Assembly (NCBI RefSeq): GCF_006345805.1
Contig: NC_043001.1
Location: forward strand, 115,320,001-115,384,000
Direction: 5' to 3'
Source of the DNA: Octopus sinensis
Lineage: Eukaryota
DNA: 64,000 nucleotides
Below the pieces are notes generated by a model. It worked only from the letters and a program-made list of their open reading frames with translations. It was not told where the DNA came from and did no database searches. Below, piece after piece: positions 26,833-40,597 of the stretch. Made by a program: the position numbers and the translations under genes. The number at the start of each line of letters is the position of its first letter. Positions within the stretch are counted from its first letter, which is position 1.

Positions 26833-27033
26833 TTAGTGGTTTGAACTTCAGCAGTCCCTTCTAGCGTAAAGGAGTCCTATGATGGATACCTCTTATGTGT
26901 TTAAATGTACACTGTATTTTATATGAATAATATATAGTCTATTGTCTAATTTTTCTATACGCTAGGCCACTTGTAGTAAAAAATTTTTAATCTTTATTAC
27001 CCTGATATTATTAACTAATTGTGTGTGTGTGTG

Positions 27034-27074
<41 letters not shown>

Positions 27075-27290
27075 TGTGAGTGTACAGTGTACATTTAAAC
27101 ATATAAGGGATGGCCATAATAGGACATCTAACCCGATAGAAGGAGTAGTTAAAATCCAAACCACTATTAACTACTCTTTCTAGCAGGTTAGATGTCCTAT
27201 TATCGCCATCGCTTATGTGTTTTACATGCTAGGCCACTGATTGTGAAAAATTTCTAAGTAATTTTTTACTACACTGAAATGTATTAATAT
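26833..27290. repeat. Foldback / MITE-like structure with three arms in alternating orientation
   Basis: Hairpin of 27096-27152 with 27167-27223 (~56 bp, ~6 mismatches). 26833-26916 is a diverged inverted copy of 27083-27166. gctaggccact is duplicated at 26961 and 27228. Confidence 0.75.
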
Positions 27291-27307
27291 ATATATATAT
27301 ATGTGTA

Positions 27308-27354
<47 letters not shown>

Positions 27355-27482
27355 ATGTATAGGTTAAAGATCCAATAGAGGTAGAATCAACAAAAGAAAG
27401 TACTCCATCCAAGTGAGAGATGCCTGTTCAAGTATCATAATAGCATGATACTAATAGTAGCACTTACAGTATTTAAACTGAC

Positions 27483-27544
<62 letters not shown>

Positions 27545-28008
27545 GGAGAGATATGTGTGTGTGTACATATATATATTATATATATATATAGACACATTTA
27601 TATATAGGCACATATATAAGCATATATATGTGTGTGTATATACACACACACAGACATAAGTAAGTGTAATATATGTGTGTATATATAAAATATATATGCA
27701 TGTATGTAATATATATATGTATATGCATATACACATATGTATAAGTATATGTAATAGATGTGTGTGTGTTTATATATATAATATAATATATATATATAAT
27801 ATAAATAGTTAGATAGACAAACAGACTGACAAAAAGGATAAATAGGTAAATAGAATGAGCCAGTATATCCTGCATTCAAATACACATGCATATGTAGGCA
27901 CGAATGTATGTATGCATGTAGACATATATGTATTTATGCATCTGTATGTATTTATGAATGGATGAATGTGTGAAATCTATGAATACATATATGCGTAAAT
28001 ATACGAAA

Positions 28009-28405
28009 TCTTTATACATAAAAGTGAAGTTGTGTGTCTGTCTCCTACGATTTAGATTCCTAACTACTCCCACATTTTGCGGTGCAGTTTAACCAAAACC
28101 GGGTATCTTATAGTCGTGATTCATATCGAGCCCTTCTGGGTATTAGCGCGCGTCTACGATGAGTCTACGATTTAAAAAGAAATTTACCATCATTTTTTTC
28201 CATTTTAATGCATTTTTTCGCTATTATATAAGGGAAGTAACTCTCTAAAAATGTCTACGATGAGTCAACGATTTTTAAAAAAATTTACCATCATTTGTTT
28301 CCATTTTTAAAGCATTTTTTAGCTATATTTTGGCTATAACTCTCTAAAAATGCTTATATAGTTATTTCCCATACAAACCCGAGCAACGCCGGGCGATACT
28401 GCTAG
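28009..28405 (+). mobile_element. Non-autonomous Helitron
   Basis: A|TC 5' end (28009), CTAG|T 3' end (28402-28406), subterminal cccgagcaacgccggg hairpin, no TSD, internal ~100-bp tandem duplication. Confidence 0.85.
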
Positions 28406-28943
28406 TGATTTATAAATACATACATGTATAAATTTTACTTTCTCATAATTCCTTTTATAAAAAACCATGTGTATTTTGCATCATAAGTAGTATGTGCAGA
28501 TAGTTGCAACATCAATTGAAGTGTAAGTTCCCATTGTTGGCTCGGTGTTTACGCGCGCGTGTGTGTGTGTGTGCGCGCGCGCAGGTACGAATGTCAACAT
28601 ATTTGCTTACTTATAATTTTTTTTACTGCTAATATATCTGGAGAATTTGGAAAGAAATTTTGAACATGTAATTAAATATGAGATTAAAAGTCTCAACCTG
28701 AAAATTACATTTTCAATATTGTCCTTGATTCGTTTTTTTTAATTTTTTAATTTTTTTGTTATTTTGTTATTTGTATACTAAAATATGGAAATTTAAAGTA
28801 GATTTATAGAAGAAGATGAAGCCAACAAATTTTACATTCAGAATGTGTGTATGCCTATAATATATATATGTGTGTGAATATATGAATATATATGAATATA
28901 TATATATAAATGGGTGTGTATATATGTGTACTTATAAATACAT

Positions 28944-29009
<66 letters not shown>

Positions 29010-29280
29010 TTGAAACACTCCTGTAACAACCAGAGGCCTTGAAGACTACTATAATGCAAGAAAGAATACTAGTTCCTTAATATTTTATATTCAATATTTC
29101 ATCTATTCAATAAGACAATCAATACTTCATTTCATTTTACTATATATATATTATTTATACTATATATTCTATATTCTACATTAATAATATAAAGAATATA
29201 AATAAAACATAAAAAGCAGACGGAGTTGGAATTTTTTTGAATAATATATATCCCTCTATACACAATCATACAAACCCCTT

Positions 29281-29382
<102 letters not shown>

Positions 29383-29576
29383 TGTATGTATGTATGATGT
29401 ATGTATGCATGCATGCATGCATGTGTTCATGTAAATATACATGAATATACACGTGCACGCGTACGAGCGTAATTTTGTATGCATGTATATATAAAATGTT
29501 ATCCAGTCGAAGTTTGGCGAAAATAAAGACAACATAGATGTGAGTGTTTCTTGTGTTTTAAGGTAACTGTTTAAAC

Positions 29577-29818
29577 AGCAGGTCGAGCTGGCAGGAACGT
29601 TAGCACGCCGGGCGAAATGTGTAGCCGTATTTCGTCTGTCGTTACGTTGTGAGTTCAAATTCCGCCGAGGTCGACTTTGCCTTTCATCCTTTCATCCTTT
29701 CGGGGTCAATAAATTAAGTACCAGTTACGCACTGGGATCGATTTAATTGACTTAATACCTATGTCTGTCCTTGTTTGTCCCCTTTGTGTTTAGCCCCTTG
29801 TGGGTAATAAAGAAATAG
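29577..29818 (+). mobile_element. Full-length family-D SINE
   Basis: gagctggcaggaacgttagcacgccgggcgaaatg head, gagttcaaattcc B box, tail tagccccttgtgggtaataaagaaatag. Confidence 0.9.
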
Positions 29819-30143
29819 GTATGTTTCTATTTAATTAGCCTTCTCTCTGCAAATTTGCATTGAGAACAGCAAAAGCGAAGAAGGCCTGCAACACTGACAC
29901 CCTTACTAAGCGAGGAAGTCTTTACGTGGTCACTGGCTAGAAATAACAGCTAAATCTTCCACAACCCGAACCCTGTCCTACAACACAAGGAATGGATACT
30001 GGATTACATAAATATCTATTTCTATTTCAAGATCTTTACACTTGCTCAGTTTTTGGTAGGTCTTGACAGATATATTGTCGATTGGGACAGTCATATCAAT
30101 GAGGAGGCAATGATTTTTGTCCGAAGTCTTTCAATATAATGTC

Positions 30144-30146
<3 letters not shown>

Positions 30147-30213
<67 letters not shown>
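30147..30213. repeat. (ATT)n microsatellite
   Basis: Directly visible. Confidence 0.95.
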
Positions 30214-30214
<1 letters not shown>

Positions 30215-31311
30215 CCTCTTGGTTTTATGCTTATAATTATTAAATAAAATCTAAACAAGTTTTCTATTCGAAAACTTTGTTGCATTCGCGGTAAAGTATG
30301 TGTATATATATATGTGCGTGTGTGTGTGTGTGTGGTGTGTGTGTGTGTTTGTGTGTGTGTGTGTATCGCTGAATCCTCAGTTTACGATACTTTTCATCAT
30401 GAAAATAGTCATCTTCCACGATACTTTCAAGTGTATCAAAGACTGGTGAGAAAGGAAAAAGCAAGTTACTTTCAAATCAGAAACCAGACTGAATGCTTGT
30501 AACAGAGTGGAAACTGTTGAAAGTGCTACAGAACCAGGTGGTTATTTTAAAATGTACGATGGCATAAGTTAGCTATCCAGAAACAAGAATATTCCTTCTA
30601 AATGACATCCACAGTTTTTGTCGACCAAATTTTGCTCATAAGGCTTTGTTTAACATGAAGCTATGATCAAAGAAAGGAAAGCGCAACTGATGTATCAGTG
30701 TCTGTCCTTTCGTCCAGGGTGAAGGGACAGCCCCTGAAACATCAGATTCAGCTTCTTCTTGTGTTTTATGAACTCATGCCTATTAGAAATAGCAGTCAAG
30801 TCTCTGTCATATCATACTCTATTGTCTTAAAACATATTTGATGACGTAGTCCCGTTGACATTATAATAACTGTTTCTAATTTAGGAAGCAGGCCAACAAT
30901 GTTCAATGTAGATTGTTGGTCGATGAGACTGACTCTTGTACCTGTATTTTATTTTTCGACCCCATAGGCATGAAACTCAGAACAGAAAGAGGTGGAAGAA
31001 ATACCGCAAGGCATTTTTCCAACGCTCTAATGATTCTGCCAATTCATCGCCTAGACTTACATTATAATAATGCTCAGAAAAAAACCCAGCGGTGCCAGAT
31101 GCATAAAAGACATGATTATGTGAACGATAACATAATCAACGTTACGAGCCAAGAAATTCTATTTAAAATTACATTTGTATTGGTGAAAACCATCATTTAT
31201 TTAATGATTAATTCTAATTCCCAAATGCAGAGGAGACAACACCGAAACTGCCATGATTTGGCAGTACGGGAGATAACTCTGACCATGTTTCTGTCTTAGT
31301 AGACCGCATCG

Positions 31312-31638
31312 TGAAGGCGATTGGCTTAGTCGTTAGAGTAATCGACGCACGATCGTAAGGTCGTGAATTCGATTCCCAGCGGTGCATTGTGTCCTTCAGC
31401 TAGACACTTTATTTCACGCTGCTCCACTCCACTCAGCTGGCAAAAATGTGTTGTACCCGTAATTCAAAAGGTCAGCTTTGTGACATCCTGATTCACGCTG
31501 AATTTCCCTGAGAACTACGCTAAGGGTACGCGTGTCTGTGGAGTTTTCAACCACTTGCACGTTAATTTCACGAGCAGGTTGTTCCATTGATCGGGTCAAC
31601 GGGAACCCTCGTCGTCGTAACCGTCGGAGCTTGTGCCA
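31312..31638 (+). mobile_element. tRNA-derived SINE, family E (CORE/V/Meta-like centre) with tail type 1
   Basis: Head tggcttagtcgttagag...gaattcgattccc, centre ttgtgtccttcagctagacacttttatttcacg, tail ctgagaactacgctaagggtacgcgtgtctgtggag...cgtcgtcgtaaccg. Confidence 0.8.
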
Positions 31639-32239
31639 CACCTCATCAACGAAACGTAGTCCAACAGTTACTACAGAACAAGACGTGTTCAGAAATATAC
31701 AGAATTTTTTGTATGTCTTTTGAACTGCAAACCTTTATTGGTAACCTAAAGTGCCCTTTCCCACTAAACCTCACTCTCGTCAATTTGGAATACATACCAA
31801 ATTAGAAATACCAAAACTAAATTACCGTTTTTATAATATAAATTTCATTAAGTATTCTTTATTCTGTAAAGCCATCAGACTGAAAGGCTGCCATATTAGT
31901 TTTCTTCATATTATTTTCTTTTTGCCTTCTTTCATTTGTTTTGTTTCTCTTTTATAGATCGTCAAATTGTATCTTCAGTCTGGTGCATACAAATTGCCAA
32001 TAATGTTTCAATCAGCAAGCATTTTTCTTGATAAAGCAGCCGATTCCATCAATATATATCATCTATCTCTTTCTCTCGAAATCTAAAATGGATTCACCGT
32101 AAATAATACGGCTTTAGTTAACTAGTGTAAAAACGATGTGTTCCTCTAATGGTCAAATATCGTCTGCTTTAATGAAAGTAAACATTTATCTGTTTTTCAT
32201 TCCTTTTTTTTTTTGCATTTAGTTTCTATTAGCTTCGGT

Positions 32240-32345
32240 TATATAAAGCAGCTAGTAGCTATCGTCTGCCCATATCCGCCTTGATTCAGCTCAGCGGGAC
32301 CCATTTCGTCTCTGTCCGCTTGTGTCCGCTCTAGTCCGTTGAACA
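32240..32345 (+). promoter_or_regulatory. Possible TATA-box core promoter
   Basis: TATATAAAG at 32240-32248 followed by a locally GC/CpG-richer, non-repetitive tract. No downstream gene identified. Confidence 0.2.
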
Positions 32346-32545
32346 TCATCAAGCTAAATTGAAAATCAATGTTAACACTGCTAAAGTTTCGATTTTACTG
32401 TCAAAGTAAATTATATAGAACTGATATCGAGGCCAAGCCTAAATGGATAGTCACAGAAACATATCTACTTCTAAATTGAGTATCAAGGCATGGAAACGAG
32501 CTTGCGTTGTTGACCTGAAAGAATAAAGAAAAAACACCTAAATGA

Positions 32546-32601
<56 letters not shown>

Positions 32602-32628
32602 TGTGTGTGTGTGTGTGTATACATACCC

Positions 32629-32669
<41 letters not shown>

Positions 32670-32713
32670 TGTATATATATATAGATATATATATATGTAT
32701 ATATATATGTATG

Positions 32714-32744
<31 letters not shown>

Positions 32745-32868
32745 GTATGTATATATATGTATATGTATATATATATATATGTATATATATATATAAATGA
32801 AGGTATGTAAATATGTATATATTCATTTATATAACACATATATGTATTTATAAATGCATATATATATA

Positions 32869-32921
<53 letters not shown>

Positions 32922-33604
32922 CATATATGTGTATGGACATATAAAATATATGTATATAATTTAATATAGAGCAAATAAAGTAAAAGCATTTAAGTGAACA
33001 AATCGTTAAGTAACATTCTTAGTAGATTTTTGGAGAAAGATTACCAGGGAAAAAAAAACATTCTTTACAATTTACATGGAGTATAATATAAAGGTGCATC
33101 TATTGGGGATATTTTTTTCGTTGAAATCAACTTGTTTAGCGGATAGAAAACATGTAATAATTTCCAATATCTCCATGAATAAGAAGAAATTTCATTATTG
33201 AGTATAAAAGTCACGGATGACTAACTAGATGGTAGGCGTGGTACCATGTTAATCTAAGTTTCAGTGGTTGGAATCCTAATACCGTTTTCTGTATCAAGAT
33301 AATGTATGGAGTTGTCAGTAGCAGGAGTATTGTGTAATTGCAAAGTGTTTGGTTAGATATCGATACCGAAATGGATCTCTGTTTGCGTGAGCTACTGGAA
33401 AGGAAATAAATTAAAATCTTTGAATTTTTTTGTGAAAATACTTCACTGATTCTATATTATTATATATTGTAGAAGGTTGATGTGATTCTAGATAACACTA
33501 ATAGTATGGGAAACACAAATTTATTATTAGAAATTTGTAATTAGGAGAGTATTTATCTCATTTACATGACATTTTGTATAGTATCATTATATAGGTTTCG
33601 AACT

Positions 33605-33780
33605 TTTGCACAAGGGGGAGGGGCTTAGTCGATTACGTTAACCTCAGTGCTCAACTGATACTTATTCTGTCGACTTCGACGAGGTCGACGTCGGCGGAGT
33701 TTGAACTCGGAACGAAAAGGCAGACGAAATGCTACTAAACATTTTGCCCGACGTGCTAACGATTCTACCAGCTTGCCGCC
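33605..33780 (-). mobile_element. Family-D SINE, left member of a second inverted pair
   Basis: gattctaccagcttgccgcc head, gtttgaactcgg B box. Confidence 0.8.
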
Positions 33781-33821
33781 GATGTAGTGCCAGTATACTA
33801 ATATCATTATTACTTGTGCGA

Positions 33822-34029
33822 AAAGGCGGCGAGCTGGCAGAATCGTTCGCACGCCGGACGAAATGCTTAGCGGCACTTCGTCTGTCTGTACGTCCTGAGT
33901 TCAAATTCAGACGGGGTCGACTTTGCTTGTTATTCCTGCGAGTGCGATAAATTAAGTACCAGTGAAACACTGGGGTCGATGTAATCGACCAGTCCCCTCC
34001 CCCAAATTTCAGGCATCGTGCTTTACTAA
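33822..34029 (+). mobile_element. Family-D SINE with 16-bp TSD, right member of the second inverted pair
   Basis: aaggcggcgagctggcagaatcgtt head. Perfect TSD attattacttgtgcga at 33806-33821 and 34030-34045. Confidence 0.9.
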
Positions 34030-34199
34030 ATTATTACTTGTGCGAGAGAGAAACAAAGAAAAGGAGAGAGAAAATAAGGAAGGAAAGAAAATTTAGAAAG
34101 GAGAAAGAAAACGAAAAAAAAAGAAAAGATTTAGAGAGAGGAAAAGAAGAAAAGAATGAAAGAAGGATTTTTTCAGATGGTGTCAAAAGATTGGTAATA

Positions 34200-35896
34200 T
34201 ACAGAGAAGATATGCATCCTTTGGTCTCAGAACTTTATTTCTAAATTAGAATCTCTATTACCTCAGTCTTAAGAGCCTTGTCATCTTCCCTTTGTAATCT
34301 GATACCATCAGACGTCGGTGTTTGCTGTTCGTTGGCCTCAACCTTCTAAAGGTCTGCCCATTTTGCATTTTCTATAAAGACCTTATCATACCTACGCTTG
34401 TGTCGGCCTTTTTCACGTGCCCTTGACTCTAAGGCTAGAGTATCAGGTCAAAATTTTGTTTAGATGCCACACTGCTTCCAGAATGTTTTTTTTGTTGTTT
34501 TTTACTCAATATCTTAAGGTTACTTGGGGTTGGCAAGAGGTCGGCAACGGCACACAAGAGGCAGGATAATTTTACAATTTTCCCTGGTCATTACTCCAGA
34601 GTTTTTTCCCGAAGAGTGGGCACCCAAGTGTCTGGTCCCACTGTATCCGTTGTTCTTGGAGGGCAAGCTCTACTGCCAATACACGACAATTCACTTCTGT
34701 TGAATTGTGGGTCTTTTCCACTGTGATGTATTTCCTGTCTCATTTTGTGATTTTTTCACCTCTTGGCGTTGCAGTTGCTAAGTCCTTGACTGACTACTCC
34801 TCGTGCTTCAGTATATTTCCGCTTCCTTCACACCTTCCTTGGCTTCTACCTTCTGTCGCACCTTATGATCTTGTTGGCATGTTTGACTCTTTCGTCTTCG
34901 TGTAAAAGAAATGTTTTGATTGCTCTTGCTTTTGTGGCTTTGAATTGCTCCGCGATTGATGAAATTGGTAGTTGGAGGCCTTGCTGAACCATTTTGACTG
35001 AGCTAAAATTTGAGTAACATCAAACCACCTTCGACCAAATTTATTACGCAACCTCTCCATTGCCTCCACCTTAGTCAGGATAAATTCATAAAGCAAGAAA
35101 AGCCATTGTGGTCCGGGTATGGTATCAACTGGAAGCTTCCAACTGTATTCAACTGTCCTCAGCCTCGTGTTTAGTTGGATCTTGGTGTCTTTAATATTGA
35201 TAGTCCTTCGGGATACACTTATAATTCTTCCCAAGGCATCGGACTCGTCTTTTTTGTTTATTTGTTTATTTTTACTGTTGGAATATCAGGCACCTGAATG
35301 CTGAATGATGAAACTGTCATTTGCCAGCCTTCATTTGAGGATACTCTGGTTTCAAGATTTTGCTGGACTGAACTCCATACGTGACCGTGTGACCATCATT
35401 TTTCAGCGGCCTCAGACTCAGCCGTATCCCTTGGATTGATGTTGTCATGATTGTTATGTCATCCATGGAAAACTCTGCAGATTGGATATCTTGTATAGTC
35501 ATCAGTTTCAGGTCCGTTTTCGTCTCACCTCCAACAATAGGTTCATGGCCCCCACGAATAGGACCACGGAAATCGCGCATCCTATCATAATGTTCTTTTC
35601 CGGTCTTTTCATTTGATGGTTTCATTTTCAACTGTAAACCTCATCATCAGCGAATTCATGTGCGACATTATGAGTTTGACTACTCCCCGTAGTAATTGGT
35701 GGTATTCCATTGCACATTGGATTAGGTGGCAGGGCACACTTGACTAGATTTAGCAAGAGCAATACATACCACTGAGAGTACGTTTGCCTTCTTCTTTGTC
35801 TCTTTAATGATATGGCTGCTTGCTCGTGTATGTTTGAGGCATCCAGAATATCCTGGGAACTCTCCATTTTCGGTATTGGTGTCAATGGCCACAAGA
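34200..35896 (-). mobile_element. HERO-like (R2 superfamily) non-LTR retrotransposon remnant, RT to C-terminal region
   Basis: Minus-strand motifs FPGYSGCLKHT, IGCAISVVLFVGAMN, SMDDITIMTT, LYEFILTKVEAMER...RRWFDV, LQLPISSIAEQFKATKAR, LLCAVADLLPTPSNL match HERO-clade motif order as I recall it. Confidence 0.8.
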
Positions 35897-35898
35897 TG

Positions 35899-36801
35899 CG
35901 GTGTGATATCAAAAGGTTCCTGGACTAATTAAGTTTAATGGAAAATAACTTATTTTCCTAGGTTTTAATATCATCTCCTTCGAAATAGTTACTTTGCGCA
36001 GCAATAAACTGGTCCTAGCGCTCCTGTGACTTTTGGAATCCGGCCTGGAAATTGTTTTCCGACAACTAGTCGAGCACCTTCTGATTTGCTCTTGATCTCG
36101 TCATCGGTGTTTAAATGGTGACCTTTGAGCTGCATTTTCATCTTGGGGAACAGATAGAAGTCTACACGAACTAAATCTGGCGAATAGGGCGAGTGCAGAA
36201 GCGATACCATGTTGCTTTTGCCGAGAAACGCGTGAGTGAGGAGAGCTCGGTGAAGAACCCAATTATTCGCGCTCCACAGATCCGGTCCATTTCGCTGAAT
36301 GTCCTCCCTCAGACACTTCGAAACGTCACGGTAGAACTCTCGATTGACGATCTAGCCCTGGGAGTCAAATTCTCGATGCACAGTACCACATTTCCGGAGG
36401 TGACGTTCGTGGCAGGTCTTTCACGTCGCTCATCATTTTCTAGGGACGTTCTTCCGCTTTTGAGGCGCCCGTGCCACTCGAAACAGTGCGTACGTCACCA
36501 TTGCCTCGTCACCATGAGCTTCTCAAAGCATGCTGAATATCTGTGTTGCAGACTTCACAAATTTAACGCAAAATTTCACGTTGGTTCTTTGTTCCTGTCC
36601 GTGACAAAAATCACAGACTACAGCTTACACGTGATCATAAAAACAGAAATTTCACAACTTGCGAAGTAAACACAGCGATGTCACTCTGCGCACTGCTTCG
36701 TGAAAGTCACTGATAGCTTTCATTACACATGCAACCGTGTGCTGCCATCTGCAACCGTGTGCGCTACAGAACTTGTCCGAGAACTTTTTGATACCACCTT
36801 G
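35899..36801 (-). mobile_element. Internally deleted mariner (~900 bp) inserted in the HERO-like LINE
   Basis: Imperfect TIRs (cggtgtgatatcaaaaggttcctggac / gtccgagaactttttgataccaccttg), TA at 36802-36803 and TG at 35897-35898. HTH remnant QRANVKFCVK...FEWHGRLKSGRTSLENDER is fused to VHREF... and HSPYSPDL...DFYLFPKMK. Confidence 0.9.
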
Positions 36802-36803
36802 TA

Positions 36804-36935
36804 TACTGTTAATCTTTTGGCAATAATAAATCAAAATATCTTTCCCCCGACATCTCTCTAAACTGATCAAGTTGTGCTGTGCTTTCTTTCGGTGGGGGAC
36901 AAAGCAACCCGTATCAAGTTTCAAAAGACAAGGTT
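36804..36935 (-). mobile_element. Upstream continuation of the HERO-like RT
   Basis: GCFVP... through ...KRLT, which joins in frame to VYLVA once the mariner and one TSD are removed. Confidence 0.65.
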
Positions 36936-37903
36936 TCTGCCCTTCCCCTTTTTATTTTGCTTTTTCTGATTTATATTAAGACAGACGGCATCACAGGTCA
37001 TTCCTCAACGACTTCATAGGGAGTAAATAATTGTTCGATAACGTTTTCACAGATTGTTATAAATGTTATTTTTAAATATCCAATAATTTACCATTATAAT
37101 TTGATTTATTTTATTATAATATATAATTACCTTAATTGACATTATTTTTCTCATACTCCTCTCAATATTTCCCCTACCGTAAAACAAAACATTATGTTAT
37201 AAGAACAAATACACAAATACAGATACACAAACACACACACATAGACACACACACACCACCACCACACCACACTCATACACATATTCATGAGTAGACTACA
37301 TATATAGACACACATATTCATATGCATATATACAAGTATATATGTATGCATAAGTATAATATATATATATATATGTATATATATGTACATATATATATAC
37401 ATATGTTTATATATATATGCTATAAACAATCGAAGCCTGTGTACATTTCTCATTATATAGTGTCTGTTATATATGTGTATATGTTTTGTTCTGTATCCAA
37501 ATATTTATTGCCTTATTTTTGTATATATGATTAGATTTGCATCTTTGTCGCTTCAATTCTGTTATTTTACATAGACAATTAGCTATCACATCTCTTATGG
37601 CCAGCAACAATTCGTTTTTCTTTTTGTTCATTTTATTTATGCGGACGTATTTATTCGTCTTTCGTCATTTCCTACATAATGGATTATCCTAATATTAGTA
37701 TGGCTTCCCACATTTACTTCATTAAGTTGTCTTATTTGAATATTCAATCATATTCTTTTTTTTTTTTTTTTGCTACTCGTAGTTTTCTACCACTTTTAAT
37801 TTACAGAATAGATATTGTTTCTTCATATGATATTTACCTACGAACGTCTTCTATGTAGACATCGCTTCATAAAACTAACTGTATACTAAATATCATATAT
37901 ATA

Positions 37904-38076
37904 TAGGCGCAGGAGTGGCTGTGTTGTAAGTAGCTTGCTTACCAACCATATGGTTCCGGGTACGGTCCCACTGCGTGGCATCTTGGGCAAGTGTCTTCTG
38001 CTATAGCCCCGGGCCGACCAATGCCTTGTGAGTGGATTTGGTAGACGGAACCTGAAAGAAGCCTGTCGTATATATG

Positions 38077-38107
<31 letters not shown>

Positions 38108-38325
38108 TTGTGTGTCTGTGTTTGTCCCCCCTAGCATTGCTTGACAACCGATGCTGGTGTGTTTACGTCCCCGTCACTAGCGGTTCGGCAAAAGAGACCG
38201 ATAGAATAAGTACTGGGCTTACAAAGAATAAGTCCCGGGGTCGAGTTGCTCGATTAAAGGCGGTGACCCATCATGGCCGCAGTCAAGTGACTGAAACAAG
38301 TAAAAGAGAAAAGAGAAAGAGAAAG
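37904..38325 (+). mobile_element. Full-length family-C SINE
   Basis: taggcgcaggagtggctgtg head, cttgggcaagtg CORE-like centre, internal microsatellite, gatagaataagtact, tail gactgaaacaagtaaaagag. Confidence 0.9.
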
Positions 38326-38672
38326 AGATATGTGTGTGTGTGTGTACATATATATATATATATATATCAAAAGAAAAAACAGGATGCAAAGGATTTTGCG
38401 GTACATATGTTTCTGGCTTTATTGAACAATTTATATCAATGCATATTTTATATAACATGTAGGTCAACAGCCTTCTTCAGCCGCGTACAATTACCACACC
38501 AAAATCATGTATTACATTATAGCAGGTTTGAGAAGAAGCTTGGGAAAAAACGAGTTTCATTGGGAAGGTAAATCCTCATAGTCATTTATAGCATAGAGAG
38601 ACACCAAAACAAAACGTCCATACCGTTTTTTCACTCGATAAAGAATGAGGTATTCACCCTGAATTTTTTGTA

Positions 38673-38736
<64 letters not shown>

Positions 38737-38755
38737 GTGTGTGTATATACATACA

Positions 38756-38786
<31 letters not shown>

Positions 38787-38920
38787 GGACTTTCGTTCCT
38801 CCTAACAATACAGCACATGATTATGACTTTGATTTCATTCCCAAAAGTAGATCCCTTTCAAATTATTCCTCAAAAATGTTTTGCTTTTGTTTTTTCGTTA
38901 TGGAGCATGTTTGCGCGTAT

Positions 38921-38953
<33 letters not shown>

Positions 38954-38977
38954 AAGAAAGATAGATAGATAGATAGG

Positions 38978-39011
<34 letters not shown>

Positions 39012-39015
39012 TAGC

Positions 39016-39069
<54 letters not shown>

Positions 39070-39070
39070 G

Positions 39071-39153
<83 letters not shown>

Positions 39154-39154
39154 G

Positions 39155-39194
<40 letters not shown>

Positions 39195-39208
39195 TAGATA
39201 GATAAATA

Positions 39209-39293
<85 letters not shown>

Positions 39294-39512
39294 CAGATAG
39301 ATTGATTGATTGATTGATTGACTGATTGATTGATATGCATATATATCTATCTATGTGCGTGTGCATTTGTGTGCGTTGCGCGCGCGCGCGTAAATGTGTG
39401 TGTATTATATCATATCATATATTATATCATGCTATATCATATTTTTCAATTTACATCTGAAAAATTTATATATAACATATTTATGCATGTATATGTATGT
39501 ATATTGTGTATG

Positions 39513-39548
<36 letters not shown>

Positions 39549-39582
39549 ATATTATATATACATATATATTATATATATAATA

Positions 39583-39627
<45 letters not shown>

Positions 39628-39815
39628 ACATGTATATATACATATATATATAAAAATATGAATAACACAGTCTGAGCTCCCCTCCCCTGTTCGAAAATAT
39701 AAGGATATTGTATCGTACAGCCAGCTGGATATGACGTTTCCTGGCGCTAAACAACAGTAACATTTGTCCCATCCAGGACTGCCACATTATATTGGCAAAT
39801 AGTCTTTACTTTATA

Positions 39816-39869
<54 letters not shown>

Positions 39870-40178
39870 ATTATTATATATATATTTATTTATTTATATA
39901 TATACTAAATACATATACATACATCTGCATGTATGCCTCTGTGCTAGTGTAAGTGTGGTTGTATGTGTGTGTGTAAAACTATAAGAGAAAATAATATATA
40001 ATATAAACGAAAATAATTTATTCTTTTGTATTGAAAATACTCCGAGTAAGTGTTTTTATATTTTTTTTATTATATACTCTATGTGTCCTGTGTTGATTAC
40101 TCTGCGATCTTGAAACATTAAAGTAATATAACTGTAATATGTTTATTGTATGTGTGAGAGAATGTATGATAGTATGAA

Positions 40179-40597
40179 TAGGCGCAGGAGTGGCTGTGTG
40201 GTAAGTAGCTTGCTAACCAACCACATGGTATCGGGTTCAGTCCCACTGCGTGGCATCTTGGGCAAGTGTCTTCTGCTATAGCCCCGGGCCGACCAATGCC
40301 TTGTGAGTGGATTTGGTAGACGGAAACTGAAAGAAGCCTGTCGTATATATGTATATATATATGCATGTGTGTTTGTTTGTGTGTCTGTGTTTGTCCCCCT
40401 AGCATTGCTTGACAACCGATGCTGGTGTGTTTATGTCCCCGTTACTTAGCGGTTCGGCAAAAAGAGACTGATAGAATAAGTACTGGGCTTACAAAAAAAA
40501 GAATAAGTTCCGGGGTCGAGTTGCTCGATTAAAGGCGGTGCTCCAGCATGGCCGCAGTCAAATGACTGAAACAAGTAAAAGAGTAAAAGAGAGAGTA
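40179..40597 (+). mobile_element. Full-length family-C SINE (same subfamily as 37904)
   Basis: Shares diagnostic gcatcttgggcaagtgtcttctgctatagccccgggccgaccaatgcc and ctagcattgcttgacaaccgatgc with 37904-38325. Flanks differ. Confidence 0.9.

Noticed and set aside
37904-40597. Possible segmental duplication between two near-identical SINE-C copies
   Set aside because: Similarity stops at the SINE ends, so these are independent insertions of one subfamily.
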